Shown: positions 26,140 through 39,597, counted from the stretch's first letter. The stretch is DNA of 64,000 nucleotides from Nematostella vectensis (GCF_932526225.1 NC_064047.1:1753027-1817026), one strand, 5' to 3'. The notes: generated by a model not told the origin, from the sequence alone. Translations and numbers: made by a program.

Positions 26140-29100
26140 TTCTATATATATCCTATTTACATGTACATCAATTGCGCCCCTTTCACATGTACATCCTGTA
26201 TACCCCTTTTACATGTACATCCTGTATACCCCTTACACATGCACATCCTGTATACCCCTTACACATGTACATCCTGTGTACCCCTTACACATATACATCC
26301 TGTATACCCCTTACACATGTACATTCTGTGTACCCCTTACACATGTACATACTGTGTACCCCTTACACATGTACATCCTGTGTACCCCTTACACATATAC
26401 ATCCTGTATACCCCTTACACATTTACATTCTGTGCACCCCTTACACATATACATTCTGTATACCCCTTTCACGGGTACATCCTGTGTACCCCTTACACAT
26501 GTACATCATGTGTACCCCTTACACATGTACATCCTGTGTACCCCTTACACATGTGCCTCATGTGTACCCCTTTCACATGTACATCCTGTATACCCCTTAC
26601 ACATGTACATCCTGTGTACCCCTTTCACATATACATCATGTATACCACTTTCACGGGTACATCCTGTGTACCCCTTTCACATGTACATTCTGTATACCCC
26701 TTTCACGGGTACATCCTGTGTACCCCTTACACATGTCCCTCATGTGTACCCCTTTCACATGTACATCATGTGTATTCCTTACACATGTGCATCCTGTGTA
26801 CCCCTTTCACATGTACATCCTGTATACCCCTTACACATGTACATCCTGTGTACCACTTTCACATATACATCATGTATACCACTTTCACGGGTACATCCTG
26901 TGTACCCCTTTCACATGTACATCCTGTATACCCCTTTCACGGGTACATCCTGTGTACCCCTTACACATGTCCCTCATGTGTACCCCTTTCACATGTACAT
27001 CATGTGTATTCCTTACACATGTGCATCCTGTGTACCCCTCTCACATGTACATCATGTGTACCCCTTACACATGTACATCATGTGTACCCCTTACACATGT
27101 ACATCCTGTGTACCCCTTTCACATGTACATCCTGTGTACCCCTCTCACATGTACATCCGGTGTACCCCTTACACATGTACATCCTGTGTACCACTTACAC
27201 ATGTACATCATGTGTACCCCTTACACATGTACATCCTGTGTACCACTTTCACATGTACATCATGTGTACCCCTTACACATGTACATCATGTGTACCCCTT
27301 TCACATGTACATGCTGTCTACCCCTTACACATGTACATCCTGTCTACCCCTCTCACATGTACATCATGTGTATTCCTTACACATGTACATCCTGTGTACC
27401 GCTTTCACATGTACATCCTGTGTACCCCTTACACATGTACATCATGTGTACCCCTTACACCTGTACATCCTGTGTACCCCTTACACATGTACATCCTGTG
27501 TACCCCTTACACATGTACATCCTGTGTACCCCTTTCACATGTACATCCTGTGTACCCCTTACACATGTACATCCTGTGTACCCCTTTAACATGTACATCA
27601 TGTGTACCCCTTTAACATGTACATCTTGTGTACCCCTTACACATGGATATCATGTGTACCCCTTTCACATGTACATCCTGTGTACCCCTTACACATGTAC
27701 ATCATGTGTTCCCTTCACATGTACATCCTGTGTACCCCTTACACATGTACATCATGTGTACCCCATCACATGTACATCCTGTGTTCTCCTTACACATGGA
27801 CGTCATGTGTACCCTTTCACATGTACATCCTGTGTTCTCCTTACACATGGACGTCATGTATACCCTTTCACATGTACAACCGGTGTTCCTGTTACACATG
27901 TGCATCCTGTGTACCCCTTTCACATGTTCATCCCGTGTACCCCCTTACACATGTACATACTGTGTATCCCTTACACATGTACATCCTGTGTACCACTTTC
28001 ACATGTACATCATGTGTACCCCTTACACATGTACATCATGTGTACCCCTTTCACATGTACATGCTGTCTACCCCTTACACATGTACATCCTGTCTACCCC
28101 TCTCACATGTACATCATGTGTACCCCTTACACATGTACATCCTGTGTACCGCTTTCACATGTACATCCTGTGTTCCCCTTACACATGTACATCATGTGTA
28201 CCCCTTACACATGTACATCCTGTATACCCCTTTTACATGTACATCCTGTGTACCACTTACACATGTACATCATGTGTACCCCATCACATGTACATCCTGT
28301 GTACCCCTTACACATATACATCCTGTATACCCCTTACACATGTACATTCTGTGTACCCCTTACACATGTACATACTGTGTACCCCTTACACATGTACATC
28401 CTGTATACCCCTTACACATGTACATTCTGTGTACCCCTTACACATATACATCCTGTATACCCCTTACACATTTACATTCTGTGCACCCCTTACACATATA
28501 CATTCTGTATACCCCTTTCACGGGTACATCCTGTGTACCCCTTACACATGTACATCATGTGTACCCCTTACACATGTACATCCTGTGTACCCCTTACACA
28601 TGTGCCTCATGTGTACCCCTTTCACATGTACATCCTGTATACCCCTTACACATGTACATCCTGTGTACCCCTTTCACATATACATCATGTATACCACTTT
28701 CACGGGTACATCCTGTGTACCCCTTTCACATGTACATTCTGTATACCCCTTTCACGGGTACATCCTGTGTACCCCTTACACATGTCCCTCATGTGTACCC
28801 CTTTCACATGTACATCATGTGTATTCCTTACACATGTGCATCCTGTGTACCCCTTTCACATGTACATCCTGTATACCCCTTACACATGTACATCCTGTGT
28901 ACCACTTTCACATATACATCATGTATACCACTTTCACGGGTACATCCTGTGTACCCCTTTCACATGTACATCCTGTATACCCCTTTCACGGGTACATCCT
29001 GTGTACCCCTTACACATGTCCCTCATGTGTACCCCTTTCACATGTACATCATGTGTATTCCTTACACATGTGCATCCTGTGTACCCCTCTCACATGTACA

Positions 29101-30800
29101 TCATGTGTACCCCTTACACATGTACATCATGTGTACCCCTTACACATGTACATCCTGTGTACCCCTTTCACATGTACATCCTGTGTACCCCTCTCACATG
29201 TACATCCGGTGTACCCCTTACACATGTACATCCTGTGTACCACTTACACATGTACATCATGTGTACCCCCTACACATGTACATCCTGTGTACCACTTTCA
29301 CATGTACATCATGTGTACCCCTTACACATGTACATCATGTGTACCCCTTTCACATGTACATGCTGTCTACCCCTTACACATGTACATCCTGTCTACCCCT
29401 CTCACATGTACATCATGTGTATTCCTTACACATGTACATCCTGTGTACCGCTTTCACATGTACATCCTGTGTACCCCTTACACATGTACATCATGTGTAC
29501 CCCTTACACCTGTACATCCTGTGTACCCCTTACACATGTACATCCTGTGTACCCCTTACACATGTACATCCTGTGTACCCCTTTCACATGTACATCCTGT
29601 GTACCCCTTACACATGTACATCCTGTGTACCCCTTTAACATGTACATCATGTGTACCCCTTTAACATGTACATCCTGTGTACCCCTTACACATGGATATC
29701 ATGTGTACCCCTTTCACATGTACATCCTGTGTACCCCTTACACATGTACATCATGTGTTCCCTTCACATGTACATCCTGTGTACCCCTTACACATGTACA
29801 TCATGTGTACCCCATCACATGTACATCCTGTGTTCTCCTTACACATGGACGTCATGTGTACCCTTTCACATGTACATCCTGTGTTCTCCTTACACATGGA
29901 CGTCATGTATACCCTTTCACATGTACAACCGGTGTTCCTGTTACACATGTGCATCCTGTGTACCCCTTTCACATGTTCATCCCGTGTACCCCCTTACACA
30001 TGTACATACTGTGTATCCCTTACACATGTACATCCTGTGTACCACTTTCACATGTACATCATGTGTACCCCTTACACATGTACATCATGTGTACCCCTTT
30101 CACATGTACATGCTGTCTACCCCTTACACATGTACATCCTGTCTACCCCTCTCACATGTACATCATGTGTACCCCTTACACATGTACATCCTGTGTACCG
30201 CTTTCACATGTACATCCTGTGTTCCCCTTACACATGTACATCATGTGTACCCCTTACACATGTACATCCTGTGTACCCCTTACACATGTACATCCTGTGT
30301 ACCCCTTACACATGTACATCCTGTGTACCCCTTTCACATGTACATCCTGTGTACCCCTTACACATGTACATCCTGTGTACCCCTTTAACATGTACATCAT
30401 GTGTACCCCTTTAACATGTACATCCTGTGTACCCCTTACACATGGATATCATGTGTACCCCTTTCACATGTACATCCTGTGTACCCCTTACACATGTACA
30501 TCATGTGTTCCCTTCACATGTACATCCTTTGTACCCCTTACACATGTACATCATGTGTACCCCATCACATGTACATCCTGTGTTCTCCTTACACATGGAC
30601 GTCATGTATACCCTTTCACATGTACATCCTGTGTTCTCCTTACACATGGACGTCATGTATACCCTTTCACATGTACAACCGGTGTTCCTGTTACACATGT
30701 GCATCCTGTGTACCCCTTTCACATGTTCATCCCGTGTACCCCCTTACACATGTACATACTGTGTATCCCTTACAAAATGTAAATCCGATGTACCCCCATC
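26140..30800. repeat. 26-bp satellite (consensus ccccttacacatgtacatcctgtgta), about 178 copies, organised in a 2049-bp higher-order repeat, inside PARP4-like intron 19
   Basis: Identical ORF segments recur at offsets of 2049 bp (27702/29751; 27602/29651), and a third copy of the 27702/29751 segment begins 750 bp after the second (29751/30501). The 26-bp unit has variants ..tttcac.., ..catgtg.. and ..cgggtac... Confidence 0.95.
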
Positions 30801-30853
30801 CTGTAAAATGAATGTATGAATGATTGAATGTATGAATGATTGTTTCTTTGTAG

Positions 30854-30935
30854 CAACACCTCAGTTCAGGTCTCTGTTGAAATGCCATTTGAGATCCGTG
30901 CTATTCTTTGCCCTGGACACGATGTCAAGGTCAAG
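30854..30935 (+). CDS. PARP4: PARP4-like exon 20
   Basis: SNTSVQVSVEMPFEIRAIL..KVK resembles ..SFSLTMSIEMPYVIEFI... Confidence 0.8.
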
Positions 30936-31291
30936 GTAAGTTCCGGTAACGAGGGGGCGAGGATCGTTGCTTGTAACATCTGGCCGTCAGGGGAAGAGAC
31001 GGGGTTGCATGTTCAAGATGTCCGATTGTCAAGCACAGGGTGTTATGCGTACGGAGAAGCCTAAAGGGTGGAGGGTGGGGCTAAGGTCAAGGTTAAGCAG
31101 CACCAAAATAACATGACGAGCAGACGTAAAAACTATATACTCAGACGTAAAAACTATAAACTCAATATGCGCTATGCTAGTAGCTGGGAATTAGGGAGTG
31201 TGGAATTCAGACATTTGGCTGTTTGGGCCATGTAGAGGGCTCATGTAGTATTTTTACTTGTCTGCTATTTAATGTGCATTTTCGTTTCTAG

Positions 31292-31429
31292 CGAACCTCA
31301 ACAAAGGCTGTCGTAGAGATGGCGCCTGGAGGAACCCTCGGAAGCGGATTCCAGCTTCAAATCCAATTGGCCGAAATTCATGTACCCCGGATGTGGGTGG
31401 AGCGACATGATACCGAGGCTGATAGCCAG
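31292..31429 (+). CDS. PARP4: PARP4-like exon 21
   Basis: ..EIHVPRMWVERHDTEADSQ resembles ..AAYLPRMWVEKHPEKESEA. Confidence 0.85.
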
Positions 31430-31737
31430 GTTTGATTGCCACCTGCCTACTTTTTTGCGATTATCATTATCTACTGCAAATATGTTGTAAGCTGCAAAGC
31501 AGTACTTGTGAATACAGCAAGCTCAACCCTAGTAATTTTTCTGAATGTCACTGGAACGTAAACAAAAATGAAAGTCAAAGAAAACGCAGTTGCTTGATTG
31601 CCGTGTTTGTGTTTAACCGATTTTGTGCATGTATTTCTCTTGCCCTCGCGTGTACGTCCAAGTCATAACCAAGCTCAAAGCCTGGTACTTCAAGCCCTTA
31701 GCTTGGTTCTTCACCTTATGTGTTATTTCTATTGTAG

Positions 31738-31830
31738 GCGTGTATGTTAGCCTTCTACCCTGAGTTCGAGTCTGGGCCACCGCACCATGTCGAGGTCATC
31801 TTCGTCCTTGACGCGTCATGCTCTATGAAG
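31738..31830 (+). CDS. PARP4: PARP4-like exon 22 (vWA start, MIDAS motif)
   Basis: ..HVEVIFVLDASCSMK carries a DxSxS motif. Confidence 0.85.
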
Positions 31831-32082
31831 GTAAAAGCTAGTCCTTGGCCTTAATAGAATGGCAAAAAGAGTTAAAGATGTCTAAGTTATTTGACAAGGT
31901 GAATGTGGTTGAGTGCAGTCGGATCATGGACAGGGAAGAACATGGGCTTATTTTACTACTCGCGCGCTGTCAAACTTGCACATTGTTTTTTTTTTTTTCA
32001 AATTGAGAGTCAAATTGAGATTGAGTGCAATAAAGTTTTTTGACAAAATGTGTCTTTGCTTACCACGTCTACTGCTTGCTAG

Positions 32083-32176
32083 GGAAAAGCCCTCCAAGAA
32101 GCCAAGAAACTGACCCTGATGTGCCTGAGTCTTATGGAGGAAGAATGGGCGTTTAACATCGTTGTGTTTGGAAGCA
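32083..32176 (+). CDS. PARP4: PARP4-like exon 23 (vWA)
   Basis: GKALQEAKKLTLMCLSL..FNIVVFGS resembles ..AKQIALHALSL..VNIIQFGT. Confidence 0.85.
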
Positions 32177-32184
32177 GTGAGTGG

Positions 32185-32422
32185 AGCAGTGCTCAACTAT
32201 TAAAGCCACATTGTCACCAGTTTACTTCCGGAGGTCCGTCGGAAACCTCAACCGTTAAAAGACAAAAGAATCTATTAGAATCCGCGCTATAAAACGGGCC
32301 ATCCGCTCTAAACTATCAGTCAAATCCTTTTAAATATTGAAATATTTTCCGCAGTTTCCGTTAAAAATCATCAGAGATAGTTACGTAATTGACCGGAAGT
32401 AAACTGGTAACAAGGCGGCTTT
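32185..32422. mobile_element. MITE family A (about 240-250 bp; 27-bp TIR aagccgcattgtcaccagtttacttccgg; TA target-site duplication, Tc1/mariner-Stowaway-like), copy 1
   Basis: The TIRs are present at both ends and are flanked by TA. Confidence 0.85.
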
Positions 32423-32706
32423 AATAACGGGAATAATGGGAAGGATATCGTGCATAAGGCCTTAGTACATTACTTTTAAATTTATTTGTTGTGTGTCTCT
32501 TTATCTTATTTGCTCTTTTCTCGTGGTTTTAGACTGCATTTAGTTGGTTGGTTTAGTTGCATTTAGTTGGTCTGTCCGTTATATATCTTACTCTTATTCA
32601 GTAGTAGCACGTGAAAGGGAGGAATGCAAAGGGAGGCACAAGGCACTCCAACAAAACCAAAAGCGATCCAAACTTATTAGAACTCTGTCCCTTACATTTC
32701 TTTTAG

Positions 32707-32780
32707 ACTACAGCGAGCTTTTTACCCAGAGTCAGAAGAAGGACAAAGAGACAGTCGCTAGAGCTGCCAAGTTCGTCAAG
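32707..32780 (+). CDS. PARP4: PARP4-like exon 24 (vWA)
   Basis: NYSELFTQS.. resembles GYKELFSYP... The phase is consistent. Confidence 0.75.
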
Positions 32781-33270
32781 GTGCAAACAGGATATCCTAA
32801 TATTGTTTTTTTCTGTGCTTTGAGATGATCCTCTTAACAAATGGGATCTGGGGAGAATGACCTGGGACTTCATACTTCCGGACTCTTTCCAAAAGAAACT
32901 TTGTCAAATGTCAAGAACTAGGCTTTCGCAATATATTTATGAGAGATTAAGTCGTGTCATAACGAAAAATGCAGTCTGGATAATTTTGAAGCTCTTCGGT
33001 TCGAGTAAAAACGATACTTAACGATATTTAACTTTATATTATGGCGATTTTAATATAGATTTACTCAGGTATGGAGAGGTGCGTCAGAAAAAATGTTAAC
33101 TTAGCTAAAAATGAGGCTTCAAGTTTTCACTCAGCTGTGATTCAAGGTAAACATCGTACGACTCTAGCCTAGTCCCAGGCGATGACTAGGCTTCGGGCGT
33201 CTGTTTACCACAGGAGTCCCAATGAAATACGCCTCTTACTGGACTAATACGCCCCCGTTTTGCTCCACAG

Positions 33271-33467
33271 TCCGTCAAAGCTGTCAAGGGAAGTACCGAC
33301 CTCTGGCGCGTACTGCGCTCGCTGTACCTGCTCCGATGCAACTCAACCGCTGACTACCCGAGTAATGTGTTCCTCTTCACCGACGGTCACGTGACAGAGG
33401 AGAGCACGACACTGGCGTATATCCGGGATATTAGGTTGCGCACGCGCGTGTTCACGTTCGGTGTCGG
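33271..33467 (+). CDS. PARP4: PARP4-like exon 25 (vWA)
   Basis: ..GSTDLWRVLRSLYLL..NVFLFTDGHVTEESTTL..TRVFTFGVG resembles ..GNTDFWKTLRYLSLL..NILLVSDGHLQDESLTL..TRLFACGIG. Confidence 0.9.
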
Positions 33468-33474
33468 GTAAGAT

Positions 33475-34045
33475 GGCAATGTCACCAGTTTACTTCCGGC
33501 GATTACGTAACAGTCTCAGATGATTTTTTACGGAAACGCGAAAAAACGCGGATGGCCTGTTGAATGTCCTGTCAATCCCTAGTATCAATTAACAAACTAT
33601 TTTGTCGATATTTAACAGAATTTATGGAGAAGATTACGAATATCGACGTCTTTTTGCCCGTTTCGGCCTAAAAGTGGACATTTTGGCGATTACAATTTTA
33701 CTTCCGGTCGAATATACGGCGGAAGTAAATTCACCCTATAGGTTTTAACACTAATTTGATGGTTTTTCCGTTTAAATAAAACGATCTTCATAGATTTCAA
33801 AGGCTACGAAAAATATATCATCGAAACAATTGATCTCTTCGACATATTATCACTGCAAAAAATCTTGGATGCAAATATTCTCAAACTTAGTTTGTTTTGA
33901 GTATAAGTCTAGGTCACTTTTTCACGTACTCTACGCCAGATTTTCTATTATATCCGGATAATAGTGCGGATTATAATAGGTTATTTTGTCTTTTGTCGGT
34001 TGAGGTTTCAATCGGCCCTCCAGAAGTAAACTGGTGACAATGCGG
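33475..34045. mobile_element. MITE family A copy 2, about 570 bp, with extra internal sequence (composite or nested)
   Basis: Outer TIRs caatgtcaccagtttacttccgg .. ccagaagtaaactggtgacaatgcggc. An internal partial TIR pair lies at about 33700-33740. Confidence 0.7.
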
Positions 34046-34125
34046 CTACAATTTCTGTTTTTGATAGTCAACAAATGTACGTTTTAGCAAACTGTTGGAT
34101 TGTTTGATCACGTGATTTGTTTTAG

Positions 34126-34225
34126 ACCCACATGCAATCGGCACTTCTTGCGTTCTATGGCCCGCGTGGGGGCTGGGGCCTATGAGCTGTTTGACTCTAA
34201 AGTCAAGTCAAAGTGGGAGCGAAAG
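34126..34225 (+). CDS. PARP4: PARP4-like exon 26
   Basis: PTCNRHFLRSMARVGAGAYELF.. resembles STANRHVLRILSQCGAGVFEYF... Confidence 0.85.
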
Positions 34226-34312
34226 GTATGATGGTCGTACATATTTGGTAACGAACCGCGAGTTTTCTCGCTGTTTTTGTTGGTGTTGGTGAGTTGACTG
34301 ATTGTGTTTTAG

Positions 34313-34408
34313 GTGGAATCGCAACTCTCTAAAGCAAGGCAGCCAGTTTTGACGTCAGTGAAGGTTGCCTGGCAACAACATGACAGCTATGCTAAGCCAC
34401 CAGTGCAG
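34313..34408 (+). CDS. PARP4: PARP4-like exon 27
   Basis: ..SVKVAWQQHDSYAKPPVQ resembles ..SVSVKWQQLNPDVPEALQ. Confidence 0.8.
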
Positions 34409-34535
34409 GTAAAAAATAAAAATAATAAACAATCACGATTTTTTTATGTTTTTCTATACTCGGATCAAAGCTGGTATATCCGCTGCCAAGGCATTAATCC
34501 CTGCTATTTAAATTGTCAATCTCTTTTTCACTTAG

Positions 34536-34610
34536 GCTCCACATGATATTGTGTCGCTTTTCAACGGTTCAAGACAAGTAGTCTACGGACTCGTCGACAA
34601 CTGTACTCAG
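34536..34610 (+). CDS. PARP4: PARP4-like exon 28
   Basis: ..VVYGLVDNCTQ resembles ..LVYGFIPHCTQ. Confidence 0.8.
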
Positions 34611-34937
34611 GTGCGTTGCTAGGTGATGATGACAATTGTATCCAAGTGCGTTGCTAGGTGATGATTGGAAGTTGCTAACTTCTCTATGAAAATTTGAGGC
34701 AGTACAGAAGAACGGACATCCGGGGTTACCATGAATCGCCATGAAAAATATCCTAGCAGTTTTATTGCTAGATATTTAATTGCGCAGATTATATAAGAAT
34801 GGCAGATTAAATAGCCTTTGTACCATCGCTTGTGTACTACTTACTTATTGTGAACTCCCTTACAATGCTTCAACGCTATTTTTGTTGTTTGCTCTATAAT
34901 AAGAGTTACCAGCTGGTTTAAAGTTCCTCTCTTTCAG

Positions 34938-35018
34938 GCGTCTTTGACAGCAGAAGTTGACGGTAGGGTAGTATCGACAATGGTGTCCACTTCCGAACTC
35001 AGCATCACAACCGGCAAG
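34938..35018 (+). CDS. PARP4: PARP4-like exon 29
   Basis: ..VVSTMVSTSELSITTGK resembles ..FRTMVSTTELQKTTGT. Confidence 0.85.
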
Positions 35019-35154
35019 GTACATTACTGATTGATGTACTCAGAATTGGTTGCTAACGATGGCCCTGGTGAATATCGGTTTAATAGGGGCTACGGGCACA
35101 AGTTTGACCTTTGATGAACTGTTATGTGCAGTTACGTTTTAATTATAAAACAAG

Positions 35155-35465
35155 CACAGGCCCGTAACCAGGATTTTATATGGGGGGTAGGGTGCGAAAT
35201 CCGAAAAAGTAAATTGAGAAAGAACAAAAAAGTTTTTTTTATGCCTTTGCAGTATCTCCACAGGACGTTTATTGTCGGATTTGGCCAAAAAAAAGTATTT
35301 TATGGATTGATGACATACCAGAATGATCTATAGCTTTATAGTTTTGTCTACAAATAGCACGTCTATTGAGAACAAAAGAGGGACTCTCGGTCGTTGTGGG
35401 GGGTGGGGGTGCTCGCACCTCCTGCACACACCCCTCCCCCCTCTGGGTACGGGCCTGAAGCATGT
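35155..35465. mobile_element. MITE family C, copy in PARP4-like intron 29
   Basis: acaggcccgtaaccagg .. ctgggtacgggcctg. The internal sequence (tttatagttttgtctacaaatagcacgtct..) is shared with the 1720 copy. Confidence 0.85.
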
Positions 35466-35794
35466 CATTATGACTCATAAGTATGACTTCTCTCCGCACA
35501 TTCACGACTGCCGCCTATTCTGAGAAGGGCCAAAAACATATACCATATACCAAGTACTATGACAAGCAATTCAATCTCCATATGAGGTGGAAGCCAAATG
35601 CTAAACTACAATTTCAGCACAACTAGTGAAATTTTGAACACCTTTGTGTGTGGTATGTCTTCTGACAAATCAGACGCGAAATTTCAGACACTGAGACTTG
35701 TTGAAACATGTTTCCGGAGTTCACGGTTTTGTTGTTCACGCTGTAAAAGTGGATTTGAAAGATGTGGAATAATACCTGTTTCTTTTATCCCCAG

Positions 35795-35875
35795 GTTCTC
35801 CACCAGTTGACAGCGCGAGCGATAATTCGCGATTGGGAAGAGGGAAGCCTGGACCCGAACCACACCAAGCATGAG
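35795..35875 (+). CDS. PARP4: PARP4-like exon 30
   Basis: VLHQLTARAIIRDWEEGSL resembles MIHKLAARALIRDYEDGIL. Confidence 0.85.
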
Positions 35876-36756
35876 GTATAACACATGTAATGGAATCATT
35901 CCAATAGAAAATTGGAGATTGTTGGCGATCTATTTGAAAGAATCGATAATGAAACTTTAGCAGGCAGATTTTTCATCAATTTTTAAGAAATAATAGTAAA
36001 AAAATCGGAGAAAGTTCTCATTATTTTTTTCTAGATATAGATCATAGAATTGACCAATATTGCAGGGGCGGCGGAAGGGGAGGGGCAGGGAGGACGCCAG
36101 AGCGGATGCTTTTTTATATATGAACTTTTTTTTAAACCAAGCGGTACATATGTAACCGACAACAAATTTGTTTAACAGTTTAAAATCCCGCGCATAAAAA
36201 CCTAGGTTATCCCCTGCGTTCTTATAAACAGCGCTTAAGAATTTGAAACCACCACCCACCCCTCTCCCCATGCAGCCACCAGCCACCCCTCCCCCTGAAA
36301 CGACTACCCACCCCTCCCCCCAACTTCCCCCCCCCCCCCACCCCCCACTTATGGGACCACTCCGCCGCCCCTGTATTGTCAGGGAGTTTTGTGACCAATT
36401 CATTATTAAGAATAGATAATGAATCTAAGAAAGCTCTCGACTTATTATAATTGTCGTGAAGTGATAAATAAAACTTGCATCAAGACATCTCCTAACATTT
36501 TGAGTGGTAAACTCGCGCCAAAATAAACACAGAAATGTTTCCGACCGTCACACCAGAGAGCGATAAAAATGACCTTTTTCAATGAAAATACCCTTCATGC
36601 TGATTCATAAGCGCTGAGTAAGTTATTTTGCCGCCAAAAGCCGGAGCGCGCGCAAGTTTGCCGCCCAAAAAGTCATGTGATTTCTTAGTGAAAGTTTTCT
36701 TTGTCACTTCATGACAATTAGAATAAAACAACTGAAAATCCATGTTACGTTTGTAG

Positions 36757-36858
36757 ATGGCAAAGAGAGACATGAAGGATTTCATCATTTCTCTCAGCAA
36801 GCGCTTCTCCATCGTATCTCAGTTTACAAGTTTTGTGGCAATCGAACACAGAAAAAAG
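36757..36858 (+). CDS. PARP4: PARP4-like exon 31
   Basis: ..IISLSKRFSIVSQFTSFVAIEHR resembles ..IIKLSKENSLITQFTSFVAVEKR. Confidence 0.9.
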
Positions 36859-37657
36859 GTATGCCGAATATGGTGTGTGTGTGTGTGTGTGGGGGGGGGG
36901 GGGGGGTGGGACGGTTGTTCTATGTTCCCCATTGACAGTCCAAATATATACTGTAGAAGCCTTAACCGCAAAGGATATTCTCAAATTGCAGTCGCCCTGG
37001 CTTGAGTCGTCCTTAACCTTTTTAGAAAATAGGCGTCGTGGGGGCCTGATTAAGTTCGGGTTGTTGCGGATGCCGGAGATCAAAATTGTACGTTTAGGGT
37101 AATAGGTACAAACCAGAACCCTCGGTTGACTTTACGATTAGAGGAAGATAGGGTTGTGGGGTGATTAAGTGGGTCTATCAGCTGCCATTCTGTCATCCTA
37201 GAAGAAAATCAAATGTAAGAAAGCAAAATGTTTCATGGTTGGTTTGGAAAAATATTGTGATGTTTTCCATCAAATTTAGTAAAAGAAGTGTAACACTTCG
37301 TTCATTATTTTGTTGCCAATATTAAGCCCTTGTCAGCCACACCTTTGTTATTGGTTTCTCCTAATATGGGAAGTAATCATGAAAAGGAATCTCAAAATAA
37401 TCAGCCAAATATAAAATCTTATTGTTTATTTACTGCACTTAATGGAAAATATTGCAAGAGCTTCCCCAATGTAACCGATGGAAATGGATGCTCTCTTGCG
37501 CTTGGTAATTTGCTAGAATGACAGAACGGCGGCTGACAGATGCTCCTCAATGGAACAGGTGTGTCTGTTTATGGCTCTGAACAAGCTGAACAACGACGTG
37601 ACGTTGCAAGGATCGAACCTGTCCCTTAGTTTTTGCGATTCAATTTTCTTTTCTCAG

Positions 37658-37792
37658 GATGAAAAGTTTGACGCTAGTCTGGGGCCGAGTATCGATGAAC
37701 TGGTGTCACATGAGGACGTTGACGTCATTCCATACGTCAGCTGGGAGGAGCCTGAGTCACGTGATGTGGGCAAACCTGAATCATCATCCAAG
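37658..37792 (+). CDS. PARP4: PARP4-like exon 32
   Basis: ..ELVSHEDVDVIPYVSWEEPE.. resembles ..ELIAKEDVDFLPYMSWQGEPQ... Confidence 0.85.
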
Positions 37793-38548
37793 GTTTGCAA
37801 TGTGTTTTTCTAGTGTGAAAACGATTGGCATAATGTTTTGTATAATACTTGGAAGTAAAGTATCTGGCGTTTTGTGGTTGTGACTCTATAAGCACGAGAA
37901 GCTCGCGATGACAGGTTAGTACAAAAAAACTAATAAATAACCAAAAAATTATAAACAAGCATGCAAACGACCCATTTAACATGGACTTTTTGCGGTGGTT
38001 TTTATCGTAAGATATTCCGGTTTTTTTTCGTTTCTTTTCTTTGAAACCTTCATTAGAAGACAAACCTCTATGAATTTATTACTGTAAGTATGTTCTTGGT
38101 GTCGGCATTCCTAGTAAAGTGTTCGATTTGTCGACGTAGATTCCACAAGCTTGTTCCACACAGGCATATGATAACCGTCTCTTGGCTCCTGCTGTACAAA
38201 AATGAAAGCTTCACTAGACAGACAAAATCCGGCTGCCAGTCTGGCAAACAGTAAGACATCAGCTGTCACTCATAAATATGGCCCAAGATTGAACAGCTCC
38301 AACCTTAGAAAATGTAATGCCCACTGGTTTTCAAATTTTGTATTTGTCAAGTATGTAAACTATATGATACATTACCTGTAATCTAGCCCCCTCCACAGGC
38401 GTTTTTAGCGACACCTGCCTTAAAACGCCTGCGAGGGAGGCTACCTGTAATCCAGCAGAAATCTGCAAAAGGATAAAATCTACTAAAGAAACAATACATC
38501 GAATGCTAAAAATGGCATCTGTTATCATTGAATTACTGTTCCGCTTAG

Positions 38549-38692
38549 TCGACAGGTGACCGCGTGGCCGGACTTGTCTCAGAGGCCCGGGTACTAGAGC
38601 GCTTCTCGGTGCTTCAGGCTGAGACGCTATACAAGCGAGCCTGCGATACTGCCTTATCAGCGGAAAGCCCTGACAACCGGGCGACATACAAG
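38549..38692 (+). CDS. PARP4: PARP4-like exon 33
   Basis: Bounded by ttag| and |gtaacc; phase 0/0. Resemblance to the PARP4 region ..GLGVLPAFTSNLERGGV.. is loose. Confidence 0.55.
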
Positions 38693-38984
38693 GTAACCCA
38701 GTTTCTCTCCGTCGTAACTCATGTTGCAATCGTCTTTACTAAATAACCAAAAATGTACTACTGCGAAACAGACTCGAAAATCGATTCAGAAAAGCTACCG
38801 GAAAAACTACACGAAGCGATTGGCCAAAAATAGGGAGACTGGGGCGAGACCGTTTTTTACACAACTAAGCTCGGCTATTCCAGCTCGGCTGTTTCGCCTT
38901 TCACGCAACTAGCGCCTGTTGGGTAGGCTAGAAATGTGCGAAATCATAAGTTAGGAAGTAATAAAATGAATGTCAGAGGAAGGC

Positions 38985-39185
38985 ATCTCTAAGCACCCCC
39001 TGCACCCCCGAACGCACCCCCCACACACACACACAACGGTCCATTTTGGTTCTCAATAGACGTGCTATTTGTAGACAAAACTCAAAATCATAAGCTAGAT
39101 CACTATGTAACTATGTAGCCAGATCCGACAATAAACGTCCCATGGAGATACTGCAAAGGCATAAAAATCCCTTTTTTGTTCTTTC
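38985..39185. repeat. MITE family C truncated copy, reverse orientation
   Basis: Contains caatagacgtgctatttgtagacaaaactc, the reverse complement of the family C core. Confidence 0.7.
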
Positions 39186-39503
39186 GGAGGTGGTTAGATT
39201 TTTATCAGTAGGAGGTAAATTTATTTTACAATATAATCAGACGCACAAAGACTCACAAAAATCTTCAAAAGAGATGGAGCGTTAGGTAATTGGAAGAAGA
39301 AGAAGAAGAATCGTACCCTGTCAAATCTGATAGTTATTGACTTAGCCTTCTAAACTAGACGCCATATTGAAAATGACCTAGAAAACTTGGGGACGAGGAT
39401 GTGGTTACCAGGTCCTTCTGGGTAATTTCAAGATGGCGCTATTAAATTACACGTAATTCCAACGTCAAATCCCTGACCGAGACTTTTCAATGGTTTACCT
39501 CAG

Positions 39504-39597
39504 GCCTTCCTATCGCTGGCCCAGTTCTACGTTGACGTGCATGGCGACCTCCAGAAGGCAGAGGCACTTACGATGATGCTGCATGGGGCTCTAGGTG
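39504..39597 (+). CDS. PARP4: PARP4-like exon 34
   Basis: Bounded by cag| and |gtacgt; phase-consistent; open frame. Confidence 0.5.

Noticed and set aside
26172-30782. A 1536-aa ORF, with overlapping 576, 458 and 678-aa ORFs in the other + frames
   Set aside because: It lies entirely within the 26-bp satellite. The unit happens to lack stop codons in all three + frames. The periodic His/Cys/Tyr/Pro 'protein' is a translation artefact, and the region is the intron between VIT exons 19 and 20.
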